From assembly GCA_963777315.1 (NCBI GenBank), contig CAVZQC010000004.1, positions 864,001 to 928,000 of the forward strand: a stretch of DNA of 64,000 nt. Direction: 5' to 3'. Position numbers and translations under genes: made by a program. Under the pieces are notes generated by a model. It did no database searches. It worked only from the letters and a program-made list of their open reading frames with translations, and was not told the origin of the DNA. Below are positions 48,915-57,704 of the stretch, one piece after another. The stretch's first letter is position 1; every line of letters begins with the position of its first letter. This DNA is from Vulcanimicrobiota bacterium (GTDB lineage: Bacteria; Vulcanimicrobiota; Vulcanimicrobiia; Vulcanimicrobiales; Vulcanimicrobiaceae).

Positions 48915-50468
48915 ATGCAAGTTCGGATCGTTACCGATGCGCCGGATTGGAACGGCATCGGAGCGCTGGTGGTTCCCGTCTTTTCAAATGCGCCGCTCGA
49001 GGGCCTGGCCAAATCGATCGACGGCGAGTTGGACGGTGCGCTCGGCGAGGTGCTCTCCTGCGGGGAAATCAAAGGCAAATTGTGCGAAATCAGTTCGGTC
49101 GGCGCACACGGCAAACCGTATAAGCGCGTCCTCGTCGTTGGTCTGGGCGAAAGCGAAAAGTTCGAACCCTGGATGCTCGCGCGGTATGCAGGCGCCGCAG
49201 TTCGGTATCTCGGCCGGCGCAACGTTCGCGAGCTGGGTTTTGCGCTTCCGGCGCAAGCTCGCGGCGACGAAACCGCGTGCGCGTCGTTCTTGGTGGAAGG
49301 CGCAATAGCCGGCGCGCTCGACACGACGATTTATCAGAAGGAGCCCGATAAACGCAGCGGTGCCGACACGCTGACGATTTTGGCGCAAGGACTGGATCGG
49401 ACTGCGCTGCAGACGGGCATCGAGCGCGGACAGATTTTAGGCGACGCAGTCAATTTTGCTCGCCGGCTCGCGCTTACGCCTGCCAACGACATGTCGCCCT
49501 CGCATATGGCCAAAGAGGCCGGTGCGGCAGCCGAAGAAGCCGGTATCGAGATAGAAATTTTGGATGAAGCCAAGTGTCGCGAACTGGGCATGGGATCGTT
49601 CCTGTCGGTTGCGCAGGGAAGCGCGCAGCCTCCCAAGTTCATCGTCATGACGTACAAAGGCGATCCGCAAAACAACGATCTGCTCGCGCTGGTCGGCAAA
49701 GGCATTACGTTCGACAGCGGCGGCATCTCGATCAAACCCGCCGATCGCATGGAAGAAATGAAGTACGACATGTCCGGCGGCGCCGGCGTCATCGCGACGA
49801 TGCGCGCGCTGGGCAAATTGCGCCCCAAGCTCAACGTCGTCGGCATCGTTCCCGCAACGGAAAACATGCCGGGAGGCAGGGCGACAAAACCCGGCGACAT
49901 CTTTACGGCGATGAACGGCAAAACCATCGAAGTGATCAATACCGACGCGGAAGGGCGCCTCATCCTGGCGGACGCCCTCTGCTATGCGGGCACGCTCGGC
50001 GCAAACAAGATCGTCGATTGCGCGACGCTCACGGGAGCATGCGTTATTGCTCTCGGGCACGCTGCCAGCGCAGCGGTCAGCAACAACGACGAGTTCGTGC
50101 AGCAGTTTCTGGCGGCGACCAAAGCTTCGGGAGAGCGCTACTGGCAGATGCCGCTGTACGAAGACTATGCCACCGCAATGAAGAGCGACATTGCCGATCT
50201 CAAAAACAGCGGCGGCCGCCCGGCGGGAACGCTGACGGCTGCGGCATTTCTCAAATCGTTCGTCGGCGACACGCCGTGGATTCATCTGGACATCGCCGGA
50301 ACGGCATATTTGGACGGCGAGTCGGCATGGCAAGCAAAGGGTCCGACCGGCACACCGGTGCGCGCGTTCGTCGCGCTGGTGGAACAGCTCGCCGGCGCGC
50401 CCGTCGTGCGCGTCAACGGAGCCGCTGCTTATCGACCGAGCGCGGAGCTGACTACCTCCTCGTCATAG
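48915..50468 (+). CDS. pepA: leucyl aminopeptidase (M17)
   Basis: GKGITFDSGG, MKYDM, NTDAEGRL, HLDIAG. Confidence 0.95.
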   Translation: MQVRIVTDAPDWNGIGALVVPVFSNAPLEGLAKSIDGELDGALGEVLSCGEIKGKLCEISSVGAHGKPYKRVLVVGLGESEKFEPWMLARYAGAAVRYLGRRNVRELGFALPAQARGDETACASFLVEGAIAGALDTTIYQKEPDKRSGADTLTILAQGLDRTALQTGIERGQILGDAVNFARRLALTPANDMSPSHMAKEAGAAAEEAGIEIEILDEAKCRELGMGSFLSVAQGSAQPPKFIVMTYKGDPQNNDLLALVGKGITFDSGGISIKPADRMEEMKYDMSGGAGVIATMRALGKLRPKLNVVGIVPATENMPGGRATKPGDIFTAMNGKTIEVINTDAEGRLILADALCYAGTLGANKIVDCATLTGACVIALGHAASAAVSNNDEFVQQFLAATKASGERYWQMPLYEDYATAMKSDIADLKNSGGRPAGTLTAAAFLKSFVGDTPWIHLDIAGTAYLDGESAWQAKGPTGTPVRAFVALVEQLAGAPVVRVNGAAAYRPSAELTTSSS

Positions 50469-50469
50469 C

Positions 50470-51273
50470 TCAAGAACCGGAGTCCTGCTGATAGGGGCCG
50501 CTTCCCACGTTGAGCAGCAGACCGCCGTCGACAAAGACGGTGGTTCCCGTCATGTACGCCGACTGGGTGCCCGCCAAAAACAGCGCCACCTTTCCGATGT
50601 CGTCCGGAACGCCTATGCGCCCGAGCGGAATGGTCTTCTCTTCTTTTTTGCGCTTTTCAGGGTCTTCTTTGAGCTCCTCGTTCATCGGCGTCAGAATGGC
50701 GCCGGGCCCGATGTTGTTTACCGTAACCTTGTATTTTGCTGCCTCCATCGCAAGGCATCGCATGAACATCATCAGGCCGCCTTTGGTCGCGCAATACTCG
50801 GCAAAACCCATCATCGGCATGGTTTCGTGAACCGAGCTGATGTTGATGATGCGCCCCCCGCTGCGCCCGGATTCTTTATATGCGCGCATGAATCGCCGCG
50901 AGCAAAGAAACGGACCGGTCAGATTCGTGCCCAGCGTCTCTTGCCAGAGATGCAAATCCAGGTCGACGACTTCCTTGCCATGGCCGTTGATGCCCGCGTC
51001 GTTGACCAATATCGTGACGGGTCCGAACCGTTTTTCCGCAGCGGCAAAAAGCTTTTCGACGTCGTCTTCTTTGCGAACGTCCGCGTGAACGGCTGCGGCT
51101 TTGCCCCCCGAACGCTCGATGTCTTGGACGGTTTGCTCGGCGCGTTCGGAGTACGCGAATTCGTTCACGAGTATTGCTGCGCCGGCGCCCCCCAAGACCT
51201 TGGCTATGGATTGACCTATTCCGGATTCCGAACCGGTAACGACTGCGACTTGTCCCTCTAAAGAATTTGGCAT
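50470..51273 (-). CDS. SDR family glucose 1-dehydrogenase-like oxidoreductase
   Basis: TGSESGIG, NDAG, SSVHE, YCATK. Confidence 0.9.
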   Translation of the reverse strand: MPNSLEGQVAVVTGSESGIGQSIAKVLGGAGAAILVNEFAYSERAEQTVQDIERSGGKAAAVHADVRKEDDVEKLFAAAEKRFGPVTILVNDAGINGHGKEVVDLDLHLWQETLGTNLTGPFLCSRRFMRAYKESGRSGGRIINISSVHETMPMMGFAEYCATKGGLMMFMRCLAMEAAKYKVTVNNIGPGAILTPMNEELKEDPEKRKKEEKTIPLGRIGVPDDIGKVALFLAGTQSAYMTGTTVFVDGGLLLNVGSGPYQQDSGS

Positions 51274-51465
51274 GCACGTATCGTTCCCGCTGCGGTCACG
51301 GCTGCTAACAGCGGCGCATAGCAGCCGAGCACTTGGTGTAGATCCAAAAATGTAAAAGTTTGAGCTACGGCGTGGCGGGACCGGGAAATCGAATCCAACA
51401 GTGGGCACAATTCGGCAGCCTGCATACGTTTGCGGGATGTTTCGTGAGCACCGGTCCACATAAGA

Positions 51466-53403
51466 ATGGGAAAATTGTCGTTTCCTAAAATCGGAACGCA
51501 GACGTTGTTGCTCAGCGCCGTACCGCTGACGTTTTTGGTGCTGCTGCTGGCGCTCGCCCTCGTTCTGCAGAGCAAAAATGCCTTAATTGCGGCCGATTCC
51601 CAGCGGTCCGCACAAGTGCTCTCACAGTCCGATCACGCTATGCAGCTGCTCGACGAAGCGGGCGGCAGCATCGGCGCTTACGCGCGAACCCGAAATGAAG
51701 CAGCCTTGGCGCAGTATCGGGCGGCCGTCCGCGAGCTGCCCGGCGCAATGGCTGCTCTCGCTTACCTGGTAGGCGACGATCCTACCGAACGCCTTAGGGC
51801 CGCGCGTCTGACGGCGGACGTGTCTGAGGGCGTGGCGGTCCTCAAAGAATACTTGTACTACGTGCGAACGCGCAACGCGGGCGGACAAAAACGGCTCGAG
51901 GAATCTCACCGCGTGCGCCAACTCAGCTCCAATATCGCCTCTCTTGCAGCGGCAGTCAACAACGGCCAACGTGCGGCGACGGTTCGCCGGTTAAAGCAGA
52001 TTCATGCGCAGATTCGCGATTTTACCATCGGACTGGTCGGCTTGTGTATTGTGGGCATAGCCGTGACGCTTGCCGTTTCCGTCAGGTTCGGACTGGGGAT
52101 CACGCGGCGCGTCGCGCGCCTGACGGACAACGCGCAGCGGCTCGCACGAGGCGAAAAAACCGAGCCTATCGGCGGCAACGACGAGATCTCCAACCTGGAC
52201 TTGGTCTACCAGCAAATGACCCAGCGCATTGCGCGCGAGCACGATGCGGCTTCCACGCTGCAGCGCGCGCTGCTTCCGCAGGAGCTGCCGCTGCTTCCGG
52301 GCGTGCGTCTTGACGCCGCATACGCTCCGGCATCGGGCGGGACGGCAATCGGCGGCGATTGGTACGATGTCTTTCCCATTTCCGACCGGCGTCTGGGGAT
52401 CAGCGTCGGAGACGTCGCCGGGCACGGTTTGCGCGCGGCAGCGATCATGGGCAACGTTCGCCAAGCGATTCGCACCGTGGCGTACATCAACGACGATCCG
52501 GCATTTGTGCTCGAGCACATCAATCGCGCACTTTGCCGCAGCGAAGGCGCTACGCTGATCACGGCGTTCTTCGCAACGCTGGACCTGCTCGACGGATCGC
52601 TGCGTTACTGCTTGGCCGGGCATCCGCCGCCCATGGTGATCAAGAGCTCGGGCTCGGTCGGACTGCTTGCCGGAAAAGGATTCGTGCTGGCCGTCGATCC
52701 GCGCGCGCGATTTGAAACGCTCGAGACGACGATGGACGTGGGATCCGGCATCGTTTTATACACCGACGGGCTCGTCGAAGCCGAACGCAACTACTTCCAA
52801 GGAGTCGCGAAACTTCGAGAAGCGATCGAGCTGGAATATCGGAACGCGTCCTCAAACATCGCCGAGGCAATTCAGCAGCGCGTTTTCGCTCAACACCCGC
52901 CTCGCGACGATTCGGCACTGCTTTTCATGGGCATCACGGCGCTGGGCGCCTCGGCTTTGCAGACCGAACGTCTGGTGTGGAGCGTCGACGCCCGCAGCGA
53001 AAAATCCGCGCATCGGGCCAGGCGCGCGTTGATGTGGCACCTGGGCGAGATCGCAGGCGACGCGGACTTGTCCGCCTCGGAACTGATCGTGGGGGAGTTG
53101 CTCGGCAACGTCGCACGCCATACGCCGGGCCTGGCGGAAGTGATACTGGAAGTAAAAAGTACTGTCGCGACCCTGCGCGTCATCGACGGCGGTCCGTGTT
53201 TTGACGCATCGGTCAATTGCGACATCGGCGACGTGCTGTCCGAGAGCGGGCGCGGATTGTTTTTGATTCAAGCGCTCACGAACGACTTCACCGTAGAGTG
53301 GACCGGAGAAGGCAATTGCGTTTCAGCGGTTTTACCTCTGGAAATTCACGCCGACGACGAGCGCGCGCCGGCGGCCACCTCGGTGCAGAGCGGCGCAGTC
53401 TAG
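51466..53403 (+). CDS. membrane sensor with CHASE3-like, HAMP, SpoIIE phosphatase and RsbW-like HATPase domains
   Basis: Two TMs; LQRALLP, GGDWYD, GDVAGHG, YTDG, DDSA; then ELLGN..RH, V.D.G, ESGRGLFL. Confidence 0.88.
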   Translation: MGKLSFPKIGTQTLLLSAVPLTFLVLLLALALVLQSKNALIAADSQRSAQVLSQSDHAMQLLDEAGGSIGAYARTRNEAALAQYRAAVRELPGAMAALAYLVGDDPTERLRAARLTADVSEGVAVLKEYLYYVRTRNAGGQKRLEESHRVRQLSSNIASLAAAVNNGQRAATVRRLKQIHAQIRDFTIGLVGLCIVGIAVTLAVSVRFGLGITRRVARLTDNAQRLARGEKTEPIGGNDEISNLDLVYQQMTQRIAREHDAASTLQRALLPQELPLLPGVRLDAAYAPASGGTAIGGDWYDVFPISDRRLGISVGDVAGHGLRAAAIMGNVRQAIRTVAYINDDPAFVLEHINRALCRSEGATLITAFFATLDLLDGSLRYCLAGHPPPMVIKSSGSVGLLAGKGFVLAVDPRARFETLETTMDVGSGIVLYTDGLVEAERNYFQGVAKLREAIELEYRNASSNIAEAIQQRVFAQHPPRDDSALLFMGITALGASALQTERLVWSVDARSEKSAHRARRALMWHLGEIAGDADLSASELIVGELLGNVARHTPGLAEVILEVKSTVATLRVIDGGPCFDASVNCDIGDVLSESGRGLFLIQALTNDFTVEWTGEGNCVSAVLPLEIHADDERAPAATSVQSGAV

Positions 53404-53413
53404 CCGCCGACGC

Positions 53414-54359
53414 ATGCCCGCCACCCTCTATTCTGATCGCAACGTGGGGCGATGGGCTATTCATTCTCTCCGGGAAAACGGTCCGTCAAGAGTTCGCCGG
53501 TCAATCGGTTCGCAGTCTGGTGGACGATGGGCCCGGAAAAGTGCTCGCAATCGTCGGCGGCCATTCGCTCCGTCGGCGATCCGCTGACGGCCAGTGGACC
53601 GAGATAGCAGAAAGCGAATTCGAGCTTTCATGCTGCTTGCCGATGAAGAACGTCCTTTTTGTCGGAACCGACGACGCGCACGTTCTGCGCGTGCATCCTG
53701 ACGGCTCGCAACACCGCCTGACGGGTTTTGACGCCGTAGCGAGCCGCGAGAAGTGGTACGCCGGATCGGCGATCGTCGACGGCAAGCCGATGGGACCGCC
53801 GCTTGGAATTCGTTCGATGGCGTCGACATGCGATGGCGCCGTACTTTTGGCCAACGTCCACGTCGGCGGAATTCCGCGATCGACCGATTCCGGTGTAACC
53901 TGGCGCCCCACTATCGATATCGATAGCGACGTCCATCAGGTTTGTGCCCATCCAGCCCGGCCCGACATCGTGATAGCGGCGGCGGCGGTGGGACTTTGCA
54001 TCAGTCGTGATGCCGGAACGACGTGGACTATCGAACGGGAAGGACTTCACGCCCAGTATTGCTCTGCCGTAGCGTTTGGCAAAAGCCATATCTTCGTGGC
54101 GGCATCCAGCGGCCATTTTGCGACGCAAGGCGCAGTATATCGACGCCCGATTGACAGCGACGGTCCACTGCAGCCTTTGGCCGCAGGCATGCCCAAGTGG
54201 ATCGACGGCATCGCCGATACCGACTGCATCGCGACCCGCGATTCAATGGTCGCAGTAATCGATGGATCCGGACGCCTTTACGTCTCGCATGACGACGGCG
54301 ATTCTTGGGCGCATCCGTTCGATCGTCGAACCGTTCCAAGCGGGCTTCACATTTGCTGA
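53414..54359 (+). CDS. BNR/Asp-box repeat beta-propeller protein; probable +1 frameshift just after the ATG
   Basis: STDSG.TW, SRDAG.TW, S.DDG.SW; ATG 53414 is in frame only if one C of CCC is removed (MPPPSILIATW). Confidence 0.7.
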
Positions 54360-54415
54360 CCTCACCACGCCGGCCATGAGCGTACTCGACCGCTAGGAAA
54401 CCCTTTAGTTGCGCA

Positions 54416-54805
54416 TCAGCCCCGGTAGGTGGCGATCCACCATGTGTTGCCGAAGCTGTCTTTCACTCCGGCGCCGCGTTCCTGATAGGGCTTGTCCTCG
54501 GGCTCATTGATCGAAGTCGCGCCGGCTTGGATAGCGCGTTCATAAGCAGCGTCTACGTCCGTTACGAAGACATAAATGGCCGATGGCGTCCCCGTATGCA
54601 ACGCGTTGCCGCCAAGCTCCATCATGATGACAGAGTCCCCGATCTGGACCTCGACGTGGAAACCGCTACCTACGGGCAGTCGTTCAAGTTCCCTCGCCTG
54701 AAAAGTATGCTGAATGAAGCGGGCAAGATCTATATCTCCGAAGATGTACGGCCGCACCGTTCCCACGCCATGTCTTACAAATCCCATCTGCCGATCATCG
54801 GTCAT
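54416..54805 (-). CDS. VOC/glyoxalase family protein
   Basis: H.EVQIGDS, DVDAAYERA, ERGAGVKDSFGN.W; AAGGAG RBS. Confidence 0.88.
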   Translation of the reverse strand: MTDDRQMGFVRHGVGTVRPYIFGDIDLARFIQHTFQARELERLPVGSGFHVEVQIGDSVIMMELGGNALHTGTPSAIYVFVTDVDAAYERAIQAGATSINEPEDKPYQERGAGVKDSFGNTWWIATYRG

Positions 54806-54959
54806 ACGCGCTCCTTATAAGCGAAAGCGAAAGTCAACCGCAACTCGCGCTCCGGCGATCGGGAGCAAGGCCGGATTGGCTTTGCGTCCTCGTCGGCGCT
54901 TGAGTTCTGGTAAGGGAATTATTATGGCATAGTTCGTTTTATCTTGACTACAATAATAG

Positions 54960-56133
54960 GGCAGGTCTGATCATTCAGGCGTTTACTCGACGACTTGCCG
55001 CGGAATCTGGGATTTTTGAGATATTTTCTCCATTTTCTGCCTCTCGCGCCCGGTTTTCCTGGACGAGAGCATGTTTGTTCTGACTTCGAGAGACAATTAT
55101 CCGGTCGAAAAGTGTCGCAATTTCTTTTTCGACATGAACAAATTGGAGAGCGCGAAGAGCACGTTCAGGCAGTTTTCGTTTTTTGTTAACCCGCGATAAC
55201 GCACTTTCTTGAATCCGAAGTATCCTTTGACGGTTCCGAAAATATGCTCGGCTCGCGACCGGATCGAGGATTTGCGCCGATTCGTCTCGCGGTCCCGACC
55301 GGTCAGCGGGCGATTGCGGTAGGCGCGTTTGCTGATGAACGCCCGTGCCTGCGGCGACTTCTCGCGGATCGCCTTGGTTTTGCCGGTGTAGGCCGAGTCA
55401 CCGTAGACGCGCGTTCGCTACCGTGCAGCAACTCGGCGACGACCTTGCTATCGTGGACGTTGGCGGCGGTGGCCACGATCGAATGAACCAACTTGGTGCA
55501 GCTGTCCACCCCGATATGCGCCTTCATGCCAAAGAACCATTGGTTACCCTTCATCGTTTGATGCATCTCCGGATCCCGTTCGCCGCGTTGGTTCTTGGTC
55601 GAGCTGGGCGCGTGAATGATCGTCGCGTCGACAATCGTACCGCCGCTAATCGTGATGCCACAATCCGCCAGATACTGGTTCACTCCAGCAAAAAGCTTCT
55701 TGCCCAGGTCATGCCTTTCCAGCAAGTGGCGAAACTTGCAAATCGTGGTCTCATCCGGAACCGGAGCTTCGCCCAGGTCGATCCGCGCGAAGGCGCGCAT
55801 CGAGAGCATATCATAGAGCGACTCCTCTACGGCCGGGTCACTCAGGTTGAACCACTGTTGCAAAAAGTAGATGCGCAGCATTGTTTCAAGATCGATCGGC
55901 CTACGACCAACACCCTCTCCCTTGTAATAGAACGGCCTGACGATTTTGCGCAAGCGCTTCCAGGGAACAATGCGATCCATCTCTTGCAAGAACTTCGTGC
56001 GTCGCGTCGTCTTGGAATGACGCTCGAAATCCGTGGTAGCCAAGGTCATCTGCTCTTGCATGCTCATAGGATGATGATAGCTTGAACCGGGGCGTAAGTC
56101 GATCCCCTTGGCCGGAAATAAATCGGACCTGCC
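54960..56133 (-). mobile_element. IS5-family insertion sequence (1174 bp)
   Basis: Terminal inverted repeats GGCAGGTCTGAT / GGCAGGTCCGAT; ATAG direct repeat at 54956-54959 and 56134-56137. Confidence 0.9.
55097..56067 (-). pseudogene. IS5 DDE transposase, 1-bp deletion near 55414
   Basis: PDETTI, VDAT, FGMKAHIGVD; after the shift TRVYGDSAY...RSRAEHIFG...VRYRGL to TAA 55097. Confidence 0.88.
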
Positions 56134-56192
56134 ATAGTGTTATGGCTGTAATCCCGCAAGAGGAGAGGTTGCGAGCTCGTTTCAGAGGCCCC

Positions 56193-57041
56193 CTAGAACG
56201 TTCCGCGCCGAAGATCTTCGAAGGCTTGCCGCACCTGCGCTTGCGTGTTCATCACGATCGGTCCGTAGCGCGCCACCGGTTCGCCCAGCGGACGGCCCGC
56301 GACAAGCAGAAAACGTCCCCCGTTCGCGCCGGCGCGCAAGGCGATCGCGTCGCCGCGCGTAAGGGCGGCGAGTTCTCCTCGCGCGAGCGTGCGCGCTGCG
56401 ACATCGACGCTTCCTTCGTACGCGTAGACGAAGGCGTTGTGCTCGGACGGCAGCGCGGTTTCAAACGCCGCACCCGCATCCAGCCGGACGTCCAGATAGG
56501 TGGGCTGAGTTTGCGCCGCTTGCACCGGTCCATGCACGCCGTTGAAGCTTCCGGCGACGACGCGAACGTTCGTGCCGGGCAGCGTCACATCCGGTATGCG
56601 ATCCGGCGCGATATCTTGGTACCGCGGCGCGATCAGCTTGTCTTTGGCCGGCAGGTTTACCCACAGCTGAAATCCCCACATCAAGCCGTTTTCCTGTTGC
56701 GGCATTTCCGAGTGAACGATGCCGCTTCCGGCAGTCATCCATTGGACGCTCCCGGCGGTCAACAGACCGGAGTTTCCTTTGTTATCGGCGTGACGCATCC
56801 GTCCGGCCAACATATACGTCACCGTTTCGAATCCGCGATGAGGGTGTTCCGGGAATCCGGCGGCGTAGTCCGTTGCCTGGTCGGAGCGAAATTCGTCGAG
56901 CAACAAAAATGGGTCGAGATCGGGTAGTGCGGGTTGGCCGATGACGCGGTTCAGCCGCACGCCGGCGCCGTCGCTTGTCGGTTGGCCTTGCACGATTATA
57001 GCGACTTGGCGTGTGGTTGGCGCTGCGGTGTTGTTCGTCAT
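56193..57041 (-). CDS. pirin family protein
   Basis: DPFLLLD, HPHRGFET, AGSGIVHSE, FQLWVNLP. Confidence 0.95.
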   Translation of the reverse strand: MTNNTAAPTTRQVAIIVQGQPTSDGAGVRLNRVIGQPALPDLDPFLLLDEFRSDQATDYAAGFPEHPHRGFETVTYMLAGRMRHADNKGNSGLLTAGSVQWMTAGSGIVHSEMPQQENGLMWGFQLWVNLPAKDKLIAPRYQDIAPDRIPDVTLPGTNVRVVAGSFNGVHGPVQAAQTQPTYLDVRLDAGAAFETALPSEHNAFVYAYEGSVDVAARTLARGELAALTRGDAIALRAGANGGRFLLVAGRPLGEPVARYGPIVMNTQAQVRQAFEDLRRGTF

Positions 57042-57084
57042 ACTCCCTATAACCCACGGGCGGTTGCAGGGACGTGCGGTCGTC

Positions 57085-57117
57085 AAATGGGCTGCACGGC
57101 TATCGTGCAGCCCATTT
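57085..57117. terminator. perfect 14-bp hairpin, probable terminator downstream of the lipoprotein gene
   Basis: AAATGGGCTGCACG-gctat-CGTGCAGCCCATTT. Confidence 0.7.
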
Positions 57118-57128
57118 CACTGTGGTTC

Positions 57129-57629
57129 TCAGCAGTAGTTACGGCAGGGCGTTCCGCCGGGACCGGTGGCTGAGGATGCATTTGGTCTAGCCATGTGCCA
57201 GGGGCCGTACACGCCGTTGGCTTGATCGGGCCCCGAGTCGCCCGCAAAGTGATACAGGGCATGCCCCTGATATGACCATTGCCGCGCTCCATCGGTGCGG
57301 GTCACCATTACCATGTTGCCTTGGGCTTGCGCATTGGCACTTGGCGTGAGTAGCGGCCATTCGGAAGTGCATGCTCCCGAACACGCGGTTCCGGGCGGCG
57401 TATCACCATCGATGAAATAGAGCGTATGGTGATTTGCCGGATCGACGAACGCGGCTGCACCTGCCACGGTATCTTGAACCGGAATATTATTTTGCGGCTG
57501 GGGTGCCGTGCTCGGTGCGCTCGACGGCACGGTAGGCACAGTATAGCCCGCGCCGTTAACGCCTCCGCCGCCGCACGCAGCCAAGCCGGCGATGCTCGCG
57601 AATGCGAGCACTTTCAATCGGTCGTACAA
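57129..57629 (-). CDS. secreted repeat lipoprotein (COG4315-like)
   Basis: Lipobox LAAC; TLY.F..D, C...C...WP, R.DG..QW.Y.G..LY. Confidence 0.82.
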   Translation of the reverse strand: MYDRLKVLAFASIAGLAACGGGGVNGAGYTVPTVPSSAPSTAPQPQNNIPVQDTVAGAAAFVDPANHHTLYFIDGDTPPGTACSGACTSEWPLLTPSANAQAQGNMVMVTRTDGARQWSYQGHALYHFAGDSGPDQANGVYGPWHMARPNASSATGPGGTPCRNYC

Positions 57630-57704
57630 TTCTTTCTTCTCCTGTGGTGGATTGAGGTTCGTACAAACCGTAGCCGTAAAAAGTGAAAAAATATTGAATG
57701 CGGT

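Noticed and set aside
51299..51327. 9-bp inverted repeat CGGCTGCTA...TAGCAGCCG as an ncRNA
   Set aside because: Isolated hairpin overlapping a putative promoter, with no further structure to support an RNA gene
55400..55420. Programmed ribosomal frameshift in the IS5 transposase
   Set aside because: No slippery run; this subgroup normally has a single ORF, so a simple deletion or error is more likely
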